A stretch of 64,000 bases of DNA from an uncultured Actinomycetes bacterium. Its GTDB lineage: Bacteria; Actinomycetota; Thermoleophilia; Gaiellales; Gaiellaceae. Below the pieces are notes generated by a model. The model made no database searches. It was given only the letters and a program-made list of their open reading frames with translations, and was not told the origin of the DNA. How positions within the stretch are numbered: position 1 is the stretch's first letter; every line of letters starts with the position of its first letter. Location: positions 102,565-166,564 of the forward strand of contig CAVVAW010000008.1 of NCBI GenBank assembly GCA_963746445.1, in the 5' to 3' direction. A program made the translations under genes and the position numbers. This document shows positions 36,233 to 44,587 of this stretch, in pieces.

Positions 36233-36983
36233 CGAACCCTGGCCCGCCTGCGAAGAGGCAGTGGTCGACGTTCGTCACGCGCCCGTCGCCGTAGACGAGC
36301 GGCTCGGTCACGCTCCTCGGGTCGACTCCGACCAGCGACGCTATGGGCGTGTGCCCGTGCACGATGCGCGTGCCGCCGTAGGCGTCGAGCAGCGCCTGGA
36401 CGGCCGCCGGGTCGTCGAGTCGCATCCGGTCGGAGACGATGCCGAGGAGGTCGTCCATCTCGTTCACCGACCCCGCCGCGAGAACGGCGCGCGTGGCACG
36501 CGCGACCGCGTCGACCGAGCGTCCGAGCGCGAGATACGCCGACGTGTCCGCGTGGATCAGCAGGGTCTCGCCCTCGAGCGCGAGCGGCGGCAGGGCCGCG
36601 ATCCAGGAGACGTGCTCGGGCGTGAGCCCCCGCACGTCCGACTCGACTCCGCCGTTCCGCCGCCACAGGCCGTGAAACGACTCGCCGGGGATGCTCGTCT
36701 CCTCGCCGCCGAAGCGGAGGACGGAGAGCAGGAGCACCTCGTGATTCCCCAACAGGCAGCGGACGGCGCCTTCGCTCTGCTGCTCGAGCCGGCGGACGAG
36801 GTCGATCGCGCCGATGCCGTCGGGACCCCGGTCAGTCAGATCCCCGACGAGCCAGACGCGGGCATCTCCCCCCGCCCATCGCTCCTCCGCATCGACCAGT
36901 CCCGCGTCGGAGAGCAGCGTTGCGAGCGCGTCGCGACAGCCGTGGACGTCGCCCACGACGAAGACCGGCGCGCTCGGGGCTAT
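36219..36983 (-). CDS. metallophosphoesterase (ApaH/PrpE-like Ser/Thr phosphatase family)
   Basis: VFVVGDVHGC, GDLTDRGPDG, LLGNHE, HGHTP. No canonical start gives a normal N-terminus, so the end is set at ATA 36983 overlapping the upstream TAG. The nearest canonical start is GTG 36956 (MGDVHGC...). Confidence 0.7.
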   Translation of the reverse strand: MAPSAPVFVVGDVHGCRDALATLLSDAGLVDAEERWAGGDARVWLVGDLTDRGPDGIGAIDLVRRLEQQSEGAVRCLLGNHEVLLLSVLRFGGEETSIPGESFHGLWRRNGGVESDVRGLTPEHVSWIAALPPLALEGETLLIHADTSAYLALGRSVDAVARATRAVLAAGSVNEMDDLLGIVSDRMRLDDPAAVQALLDAYGGTRIVHGHTPIASLVGVDPRSVTEPLVYGDGRVTNVDHCLFAGGPGFVTRL

Positions 36984-38860
36984 GGCACGTGCCCCGACTC
37001 GGGGGCAACCGCCCCCTCGCGCCGCGGCTCGCCCACGAGACGCCGCAGCTCGCCGACGAGCTCGAGCGTCTCGCCGTCCTCGACGAGCCGCTCGAGGTCC
37101 GCGAGCTCGGCCTCGAGCCACTCCGAGTCGACAGGCGGGCGGGTGATCAGGTCGATCTTGGGATGCCGGCTCGGCGTCACGGCCTCGCCGTCCCCGACGA
37201 GCTCCTCGTGGAGCTTCTCGCCGGGCGCCGGCCCGACGTACTCGATGACGATCTCCCGTCCCGGCTCCTTGCCCGACAGGCGGATCATCTTCTCCGCGAG
37301 GTCGACGATGCGAACCGGCTCGCCCATGTCGAGGACGTACACCTGCCCGCGGCCGCCGATCGCGCCGGCCTGGACGATCAACTGCACCGCCTCGGGGATC
37401 GTCATGAAGAACCGCGTCATCTCGGGGTGCGTCACCGTCACAGGCCCCCCGCGGGCGATCTGCCGGCGGAAGATCGGCACGACCGAGCCGGACGAGCCGA
37501 GGACGTTTCCGAAGCGAACCGCCACGAACCGCGTCGTCACGTCGGCGCGATGGCCCCACGTCTCGACGATCCACTCGGCGAGCGCCTTCGACTGGCCCAT
37601 GACGGTCTTCGGGTTGGCGGCCTTGTCCGTCGAGACGAGCACGAATCGCTTCGCGCCGTACTCGACCGCGACGTCCGCGACGACGCGGGTACCGAGCGTG
37701 TTGTTGCGCACGGCCTCGAGCGGGTTCGCCTCCATCATCGCAACGTGCTTGTACGCGGCGGCGTGGAAGACGACGCCCGGCCGGTACTTGTCGAAGACCT
37801 GCCGCAGCTTCACCGGATCGCGGACGTCACCGACGACGGCGGCGGCCGCGAGGAATCCCCGCTCGCGTACGAGCTCGCGCTCGATCTCGAAGAGCGCGGG
37901 CTCTGCGTGGTCGAGCAGGACGAGCTTCGCAGGCCCGATGCGGGCGATCTGCCGACAGAGCTCCGAGCCGATCGAGCCGCCGGCGCCCGTCACGAGCACG
38001 ACCTCGCCCTTCAGGTACTCGGCGATGGACGCGAAGTCGACCTCGACCGGCTCGCGGCCGAGAACGTCCTCGACCTCGACGGGCCGCAGCTGGCGCGCGA
38101 GGTCCGCGTCGCCCGACACGAGGTCGGAGAGCGTCGGCAGGGTCTTGACCGGGACCTCGAGGGCCCGCGCCGTCTCGACGATCCGCGCGCGAAGCTCGCC
38201 GGAGGCGCTCGGGATCGCGATCAGCACCTCGTCCGGCCTGCGGTCGCGGATGACGTGCGCCAGGTCCGCGGTCGTGCCGAGCACGCGCACGCCGTGGAGC
38301 CGCAGGTTGCGCTTGCGCGAGTCGTCGTCGAGCAGCCCGATGGGCGTGTAGCCGAGCGCCGGCGACCGCTGCATCTCCTTCACGACGAGCTGTCCGGCGT
38401 CGCCGGCGCCGACGATGATGGCCTCCTTGCCGCGGGTCACGATCCGGCCGGGCAGAGGCCGCTCCACGATCGTCCGCACGAGCAGGCGGGAGCCCGCGAC
38501 GAAAGCCATGCAGAGGAGCAGGTCGATGAACCAGACGCCGCGCGGCACGTTCACGCGGTGCACCTCGAAGAGCGTGAAGACGAGGAAGACCGCAACGGAC
38601 GCGAGGACGACCCCGCGGAACGCCCCCCACATGTCGCGCGTCGAGACGTAGCGCCACCAGCGGTTGTAGAAGCCGCACAGGGCGAAGACCGGCAGCTTGA
38701 TCACGACGACGAGCGCGACGATCGACCAGTCGAGATAGCGGTCGTAGTAGACCGGGCGGTGCTCGAAGCGGAGGCTCCAGGCGAGCCACCAGGCGGCCGC
38801 GACGAGGACCGCGTCGACACCTACCTGCCAGATCGAGTGGCGACTCACCGGGCTACGCAC
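36980..38860 (-). CDS. polysaccharide biosynthesis protein CapD/PglF/WbpM-like (membrane-anchored NDP-sugar 4,6-dehydratase)
   Basis: 626-aa ORF: four N-terminal TM segments, IIVGAGDAGQ, VLVTGAGGSIGSEL, FHAAAYKHV, STDKAANP, MTRFFMTIPEA. Confidence 0.9.
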   Translation of the reverse strand: MRSPVSRHSIWQVGVDAVLVAAAWWLAWSLRFEHRPVYYDRYLDWSIVALVVVIKLPVFALCGFYNRWWRYVSTRDMWGAFRGVVLASVAVFLVFTLFEVHRVNVPRGVWFIDLLLCMAFVAGSRLLVRTIVERPLPGRIVTRGKEAIIVGAGDAGQLVVKEMQRSPALGYTPIGLLDDDSRKRNLRLHGVRVLGTTADLAHVIRDRRPDEVLIAIPSASGELRARIVETARALEVPVKTLPTLSDLVSGDADLARQLRPVEVEDVLGREPVEVDFASIAEYLKGEVVLVTGAGGSIGSELCRQIARIGPAKLVLLDHAEPALFEIERELVRERGFLAAAAVVGDVRDPVKLRQVFDKYRPGVVFHAAAYKHVAMMEANPLEAVRNNTLGTRVVADVAVEYGAKRFVLVSTDKAANPKTVMGQSKALAEWIVETWGHRADVTTRFVAVRFGNVLGSSGSVVPIFRRQIARGGPVTVTHPEMTRFFMTIPEAVQLIVQAGAIGGRGQVYVLDMGEPVRIVDLAEKMIRLSGKEPGREIVIEYVGPAPGEKLHEELVGDGEAVTPSRHPKIDLITRPPVDSEWLEAELADLERLVEDGETLELVGELRRLVGEPRREGAVAPESGHVP

Positions 38861-38876
38861 GACCGCGGCTCCTTAG

Positions 38877-39953
38877 CTAAACGACGACACCGACGGCGGA
38901 CTTCACCGTCGCGACGACCCGTTCCTGCTGCTCGACGCCGATCCCGCCCCACATCGGCAGGGCGAGGTTCTCGGCCGCGGCCCGCTCCGTCTCCGGGAGC
39001 GACCCGGGCTCGTAGCCGAGATAGGCCATCGCCGGCTGGAGGTGGAGCGGCGTCACGTAGTACGAGGCGGACGCGATTCCGGCCTCGTCGAGCGCTGCGG
39101 CGATGCGCTCACGCTCGTTCGTCCGCACGACGTACATGTGGTACACGTGCCCGGCCTCGTCGAGCGGCAGCTCGACGGACTCTCCGAGCCCCAGCTCCGC
39201 GTAGCGCCCCGCCGCCTCACGGCGCGACCGGTTCCAACCTGCGAGATGCGGAAGGAAGACGCGCAGGGCGGCAGCCTGGATCGCGTCGAGCCGCGAGTTC
39301 GCCCCGATGAGCTCGAACGTCCGCTTGTCGCGCGAGCCGTGGAACCGGAGCTTGCGCACGGTGTCCGCGACCGCCGTATCGGTGCACGCGACGAGCCCCC
39401 CGTCGCCGAGCGCGAAGAGGTTCTTGGTCGGGAAGAAGCTGAACGTGGAGCAGATGCCCGTCGTGGCGATCCCCGGCGCGCCGAACGCCTGCGCGGCATC
39501 CTCGAGCAGAGGAACCCCGAGCGTCGCCAGCTCGGCGAGCGGCGCCGGACGGCCGAAGAGGTGCACCGGGACGATCGCCTTCGTGTGCTCGCCGACGAGC
39601 GGAGCGACGGCGGCCACATCGAGGTTGAGCGTGACCGGGTCGATGTCCGCGAACACCGGCGTCGCGCCGACGCGCGCGATTGCCTCGGCGGTCGCATAGA
39701 ACGTGAACGCGGGGCAGATCACCTCGTCGCCACGGCCGACTCCCATCGCCTCCAGCGCGAGGACGAGCGCGTCCGTGCCGTTCGCGACGCCGATCGCGTG
39801 CGGCACGCCGAGATAGGCGGCCGCCTCGCGCTCGAACGCCTCGACCTCGGGGCCGAAGATGAAGCGGCCCGACTCCAGCACCTCGGCGAAGCGCTCCTGC
39901 AACTCGGGGATGAACGGCGCGTACTGCGCCTTGACGTCGACCAGCGGGATCAC
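38877..39953 (-). CDS. DegT/DnrJ/EryC1/StrS-family PLP aminotransferase (sugar aminotransferase)
   Basis: 358-aa ORF: GPEVEAFEREAAAYLG, NGTDALVLAL, FSFFPTKNL (Lys for PLP), NSRLDAIQAA. Confidence 0.9.
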   Translation of the reverse strand: MIPLVDVKAQYAPFIPELQERFAEVLESGRFIFGPEVEAFEREAAAYLGVPHAIGVANGTDALVLALEAMGVGRGDEVICPAFTFYATAEAIARVGATPVFADIDPVTLNLDVAAVAPLVGEHTKAIVPVHLFGRPAPLAELATLGVPLLEDAAQAFGAPGIATTGICSTFSFFPTKNLFALGDGGLVACTDTAVADTVRKLRFHGSRDKRTFELIGANSRLDAIQAAALRVFLPHLAGWNRSRREAAGRYAELGLGESVELPLDEAGHVYHMYVVRTNERERIAAALDEAGIASASYYVTPLHLQPAMAYLGYEPGSLPETERAAAENLALPMWGGIGVEQQERVVATVKSAVGVVV

Positions 39954-39981
39954 GACGAGGGGAGTCTACTTGCGGGGCTGG

Positions 39982-40668
39982 CTACACCGGCTCGTCGGCG
40001 GCCGACCGGCGACGGCGCCTCAGCAAGGTGCGCGCCAGCAGCGCGGCGCCTACGACGACTGCGAGCGCGACGACGTAGTCGACGAAGCGGAACGCGTGGT
40101 GGAACGACTCCCAGCTCGCCCCGGCCGCCCAGCCCGCTCCCGCGAAGGCGAAGCACCAGATCGCCGAGCCGAGGAGCGTCAGCCAGACGTAGGGCCAGAA
40201 CCGCGCGCGGAAGACACCCGCCGGAATCGAGATGAACGAGCGCATCACCGGCGTGATCCGACCGAGGAACACTGCCCATTCCTCCCAGCGGTCGAACCAG
40301 TGCTCTGCGCGGTCGAGGTTCTCGCCGCTCAGATGCAGCCACCGGCCGTGGCGCTCGAGCCACGGACGCCCGAGGTAGTCGCCCAGCGCCCAGCCACCGA
40401 TCGACCCGATCAGGTACCCGACGGTCCCGGCGATCGCGACGGCGAGGTAGGCCGGCAGGCCGCTGTCGAAGTGGTAGCCGAAGAGCGTGATCGCCTGACC
40501 GGCGAACGCACCCGATGCGACCGCACCCCCGTAGACCATCACGACCTCGCTCGCGGCCGGAAAGACCGCGTCGATCAGCATCAGGAGAAAGACGGCGTAG
40601 AGGCCGTAGCTCCCGATCGCGTCGGTGACCCACGTCGTGATGTCGCTGACGATCCCGGCGACGAGCAT
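39982..40668 (-). CDS. DedA-family membrane protein
   Basis: 228-aa ORF: FPAASEVVMVYGG..., FLGRITPVMRSFISIPAG. Confidence 0.85.
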   Translation of the reverse strand: MLVAGIVSDITTWVTDAIGSYGLYAVFLLMLIDAVFPAASEVVMVYGGAVASGAFAGQAITLFGYHFDSGLPAYLAVAIAGTVGYLIGSIGGWALGDYLGRPWLERHGRWLHLSGENLDRAEHWFDRWEEWAVFLGRITPVMRSFISIPAGVFRARFWPYVWLTLLGSAIWCFAFAGAGWAAGASWESFHHAFRFVDYVVALAVVVGAALLARTLLRRRRRSAADEPV

Positions 40669-40689
40669 CGCGGGATGCTAGCCGCCCTT

Positions 40690-40712
40690 GGTGTCCGACT
40701 TTGAGGGACGCC
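40690..40712. repeat. degenerate copy of the GGTGTCCGACT..AGTCGGACACC palindromic element
   Basis: GGTGTCCGACTTTGAGGGACGCC in the 55-bp spacer upstream of dedA. The left arm is identical to the elements at 46424 and 46728. The right arm matches 7/10. Confidence 0.6.
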
Positions 40713-40723
40713 AGAGGTCCGCG

Positions 40724-42475
40724 CTATCCGGCAGCCTTGCGGAGCGTGATCGGCCCGTTCAGCTCGGACCGGCCGAGGCTCGACGTGGCGACCACCCGCA
40801 CGGTGAGCTTGCCGGGGACGACCTTCCCGTTCTTCGCGAGCCCATTCCAGGCAACCGTCTGGTCGCCCGCGTCACGCGAGGCGGGAACGGCGAGCCCGCT
40901 CCGCACCACCCGGCCCGTTGCGTCGACCACGGTGACCGACACACGCGCGGCGCGCGCGAGCTCGAACGTGATCGGGATGTCGCGGCCGGAGGGCGGCACC
41001 GCGCGCAGCTTCGGCACGCGGAGAAACCCGAGCGTGTCGTCGACGACGAAGCTACGGGTCATCGAGGAGCTCTGTCCGATGTCGTCCACGGCCTTCACCT
41101 CGAACGCCCACGCGCCCGCGGCCACGACTGCGCCGACCGCTGCTGTCCCCGCCTCCGGCGCGGCCGGGAATGGCACGGGGTACGTACCGGGTGCCTGCTG
41201 CGCCGTCGTCGAGACCGGCGTCGACCCGTCGGGTGCGCGCAGCGTCACCGTCACCGACGAGGGCCGCACGACCCTGTAGGCGAGGTTCGGAGCGTCGTCG
41301 ACTCCGTCGCCGTTCGGCGAGACGCGCGCAGGGGGCTCGGGGGCGAAAACCCCCCGGTAGAGAAAGGCGAGCCCGGTCGAGATACGCCGCTCGACTCCGT
41401 CCGAGGGCCGGTTCAGGAGTTGGCCGTCGAACGCCATGGTCGTCGAGCCGCCGCTGTCGAGCGCCATCCCGGTGACCGCGCCGAGCCGGACGAGGGCCTG
41501 GGCGAGCTCCCAGTTCGTGAGCCCGACGCTGTAGCCGGGCTGCCGCCCGTCGACCGCGACGAGAAGGATCCGGCCGTCGCGGAGCTGGCCGACCGCGCTG
41601 CGGGGCGCTCGCGGGCCGAGCTGCTTGGTCGTGAACACCTCGCCTGCGCGAAAGATCGGTGCCGCGTTCCGGACGATCTGCGGGCCGCCGCCGATCGCCC
41701 CGACCATGTCGGGCCACGACGGCACGAGCCCGAGGTTCACCGTGATCGTCCCGCCGGCGACCCCTTCCGAACGGAGCGCCTGCGCCGCGGTGCCGCGCGC
41801 CACGACCACGGCGCCGCCCGCAGGAATTGCGACCGCGCCGCCGTCCGTCCTCGCCTCGACGACGGGCGCGACGAGATCGACCTCGGGGGTCGCGGCCGGG
41901 AAGGGGAACAGGATCACGGCTGCGCTCCCCGGGAGCGCGGGGGTGCTCGCCCCGTACGCATCCGTGTACAGCGCCGCGCCGTTGGCGGCGGGCATCGCGT
42001 TGAGCGCACCGAGCGGACGCGGCCCTACCGTGGCGCGCCACGTGCCCTTGAAGCCCACCCGCCGAATGTCGAGCACCCCGTCGCTCCGTATCCCGGCGCT
42101 CGCCCGCCCCGCGTTCGGCGGCGCGACGAGCTGCGCGTCCCGCATCAGGACACCAGACGGCTTGCCCGTCGCGAGCGTGAAGTAGTCGCCGTTGACGCCG
42201 GCCGCCGTGGCTGTCCGCCGCAGCCGCACTTCCATTGTCGTCAGCTTCTCGCGACCGACGACCGTGTCGTTCGAGAGCACGGGCTCGAGAGTCGTCAGGC
42301 CGCCGGGCCGTGGCCCGCGCAGCACGTTGATCGCCACCGGTCCGTGCGTCGTGAACTGGATGCCCGACTCGTACGTGACACCCGGCCAGAGCTCACGCGG
42401 CGCGGCGACGGCTGCCGGCACCAGGAGCGCGGCGGCGAGCGACGAGACGGCGGCGAGTGAGACGAGACGGCGCAT
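40724..42475 (-). CDS. secreted phosphodiester glycosidase (NAGPA/DUF2233 domain) with C-terminal Ig-like domains
   Basis: From ATG 42475: signal peptide MRRLVSLAAVSSLAAALLVPAAVAAP. Also AVDGRQPGYSVGLTNWELAQALVRLGAVTGMALDSGGSTTM and a FlgD-Ig-like C-terminus. Confidence 0.75.
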   Translation of the reverse strand: MRRLVSLAAVSSLAAALLVPAAVAAPRELWPGVTYESGIQFTTHGPVAINVLRGPRPGGLTTLEPVLSNDTVVGREKLTTMEVRLRRTATAAGVNGDYFTLATGKPSGVLMRDAQLVAPPNAGRASAGIRSDGVLDIRRVGFKGTWRATVGPRPLGALNAMPAANGAALYTDAYGASTPALPGSAAVILFPFPAATPEVDLVAPVVEARTDGGAVAIPAGGAVVVARGTAAQALRSEGVAGGTITVNLGLVPSWPDMVGAIGGGPQIVRNAAPIFRAGEVFTTKQLGPRAPRSAVGQLRDGRILLVAVDGRQPGYSVGLTNWELAQALVRLGAVTGMALDSGGSTTMAFDGQLLNRPSDGVERRISTGLAFLYRGVFAPEPPARVSPNGDGVDDAPNLAYRVVRPSSVTVTLRAPDGSTPVSTTAQQAPGTYPVPFPAAPEAGTAAVGAVVAAGAWAFEVKAVDDIGQSSSMTRSFVVDDTLGFLRVPKLRAVPPSGRDIPITFELARAARVSVTVVDATGRVVRSGLAVPASRDAGDQTVAWNGLAKNGKVVPGKLTVRVVATSSLGRSELNGPITLRKAAG

Positions 42476-42587
42476 CGACCCGGCCCGAGGGTAGTGCACC
42501 GACGTGCGGCCGCCCGCGATCCTCACGGATTTCGTACAGAGAGATTCGTGCCCTGCGGACGCGCAGACGGTCTGAGACACTCCACGC

Positions 42588-43241
42588 ATGCCGATCCGGG
42601 TCGCCGCCCTCTGCGGGCTCGCAGCACCCGTCGCCTTCGTCCTCGGGATCTTTCTCGGCGATCTCGTCCAGCCCGACCCGTTCGACCCCGCACACAACGA
42701 CATCAGCCACCTCGGCGCGCAGACGGCATCGAGCCCGTGGCTCTACAACCAGATCGGTGCGAACCTCACCGGGCTTCTCGTCGTCTGCCTCGGCCTCGGC
42801 CTCGGGAGCGCGCTCGGACCGGGGTGGTCGGCCCGCCTCGGGAGCGCCGGTCTCATGGTCGTCGGCGTCGGCATGGTGCTGGACGGATTCCTCCGACTCG
42901 ACTGCCGGGGCGGGATCGACGTGCCCTGCGAGAACGTCTCGTGGCACGCCACAGCCCACAAGGTCGAGTCGGGCATCACGGGCGCTGCACTGCTGCTCAC
43001 CCCGGTCGTGCTCGCCTTCGCGTTCCGGGCGCGCCCGGGCTGGCGCTCGGCGTGGATACCGACGCTGCTCGCGATTCCGGCCGTCATCGCCGCCGGCGCC
43101 GTCTTCGGGACGATCGGTCAGGGCGCGGCCTCGCGCGCAGGAAGCGTCGCGTGGTTCGTCTGGATCGGCTTCGTTGCCCACCACCTTTGGCGCGCAACGA
43201 CACCCACCGGCGCGCCCGCGGCCGATACCGTGCAGGCGTGA
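42588..43241 (+). CDS. DUF998-like membrane protein
   Basis: 217-aa ORF, six hydrophobic segments, HNDISHLGAQ motif. Its stop overlaps the next gene's GTG. Confidence 0.6.
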   Translation: MPIRVAALCGLAAPVAFVLGIFLGDLVQPDPFDPAHNDISHLGAQTASSPWLYNQIGANLTGLLVVCLGLGLGSALGPGWSARLGSAGLMVVGVGMVLDGFLRLDCRGGIDVPCENVSWHATAHKVESGITGAALLLTPVVLAFAFRARPGWRSAWIPTLLAIPAVIAAGAVFGTIGQGAASRAGSVAWFVWIGFVAHHLWRATTPTGAPAADTVQA

Positions 43242-44587
43242 CTGCAGTCGCTCCCGACACGCGTCGCGCGCTCGTCGAGTCGCTCGTGGAGCGCTACCCG
43301 GACGTGCCGCCCGAGGCGGTGCTGAAGGAGGACCTCCTGCGCACCGGGATCGCGTTCGACGACGCCGCGTTGTCGGACAACCTGGACGGCGAGGTGAAGC
43401 CGAAGTCGTACTTCATCTTCTCGTTCGACCAGAAGCCGCTCACCGAGCTCGGCGAGGCCGCGCTGAGACGCCCGCCCGAGGAAGTTGCGCTCACCGGCGG
43501 CCCGTTCGGGCTGCGGCGGACGATCGTGTCGGTGCGGGTCAACCCGGGGTCGCCCTACCGCGTCGGCCGCGGAGACGACGGCGCGCTCGCCCTGTCCCTC
43601 GAGGGCCGCGGTATCGCGGACGTCGGCCTGCCGCCGATGCCCGAGTACTACCGCCACACGCTCGCCGGCGGCAAGACGGTGATGGAGACCGCGCCGACGA
43701 TCCAGTGGGGCTACCTGATCTACCTGACCGTGCTGCGCCTCTGCCAGTACTTCGGCGCGCACGAGGAGTGCGGCTTCTGCGACATCAACCACAACTGGCG
43801 CCAGCACAAGAAGGCGGGCCGGCCCTACACCGGTGTCAAGCCGGTGGAGGACGTGCTCGAGGCGCTCGCCCTGATCGACCGCTACGACACGGAGCGGACG
43901 AGCAAGGCGTACACGCTCACCGGCGGCTCTGTGACGAGCACGGTCGACGGACTCGCCGAGGCGGACTTCTACGGCCGTTACGCGCAGGCGATCGAGGAGC
44001 GGTTCCCCGGCCGCTGGATCGGCAAGGTCGTCGCGCAGGCGCTCCCGAAGGCTGACGTCCAGCGGTTCAAGGACTACGGCATCGCGATCTATCACCCGAA
44101 CTACGAGGTCTGGGACAAGCGGCTGTTCACGCTGATCTCGCCCGGCAAGGAGCGGTACGTCGGCCGCGAGGAGTGGCACCGGCGGATCCTGGACGCCGCC
44201 GAGGTGTTCGGCCCGCGCCACGTGATCCCGAACTTCGTCGCGGGAGTCGAGATGGCGAAGCCGCACGGCTTCGGGACGATCGACGAGGCGATCGCCTCCA
44301 CCACCGAGGGACTCGACTGGTTCATGAGCCGGGGCATCACCCCACGCTTCACGACGTGGTGCCCCGAGCCGACGACGCCGCTCGGCCAGGCCAACCCCGA
44401 CGGGGCGCCGCTCGAGTACCACATCCGCCTGCTGCACGCCTACCGCGATGCGCTCGGCCGCCACGGCCTCCGGCCTCCGCCGGGCTACGGCGTCGCGGGC
44501 GCAGGCAACGCCGTCTTCTCCGTCAGCTCCTTCATGGACACGCTCGACCCCGACGAGGTCACGGTCGAGGAGGCCGTGCCGGCGTGA
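43238..44587 (+). CDS. radical-SAM-like Fe-S enzyme with non-canonical Cys spacing (CX8CX2C)
   Basis: From GTG 43238 (GTGA overlap): LRLCQYFGAHEECGFCDINHN, then AYTLTGGSV and alternating beta/alpha pattern consistent with a partial TIM barrel. The family was not recognised with confidence. Confidence 0.55.
   Translation: MTAVAPDTRRALVESLVERYPDVPPEAVLKEDLLRTGIAFDDAALSDNLDGEVKPKSYFIFSFDQKPLTELGEAALRRPPEEVALTGGPFGLRRTIVSVRVNPGSPYRVGRGDDGALALSLEGRGIADVGLPPMPEYYRHTLAGGKTVMETAPTIQWGYLIYLTVLRLCQYFGAHEECGFCDINHNWRQHKKAGRPYTGVKPVEDVLEALALIDRYDTERTSKAYTLTGGSVTSTVDGLAEADFYGRYAQAIEERFPGRWIGKVVAQALPKADVQRFKDYGIAIYHPNYEVWDKRLFTLISPGKERYVGREEWHRRILDAAEVFGPRHVIPNFVAGVEMAKPHGFGTIDEAIASTTEGLDWFMSRGITPRFTTWCPEPTTPLGQANPDGAPLEYHIRLLHAYRDALGRHGLRPPPGYGVAGAGNAVFSVSSFMDTLDPDEVTVEEAVPA

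Noticed and set aside
42476-42587. Short direct repeat GATTTCGTA / GATTCGTG and lower GC in the divergent spacer between the glycosidase and DUF998 genes.
   Set aside because: This is plausibly just promoter DNA. The repeat is short and imperfect, and I could not define -35/-10 boxes.
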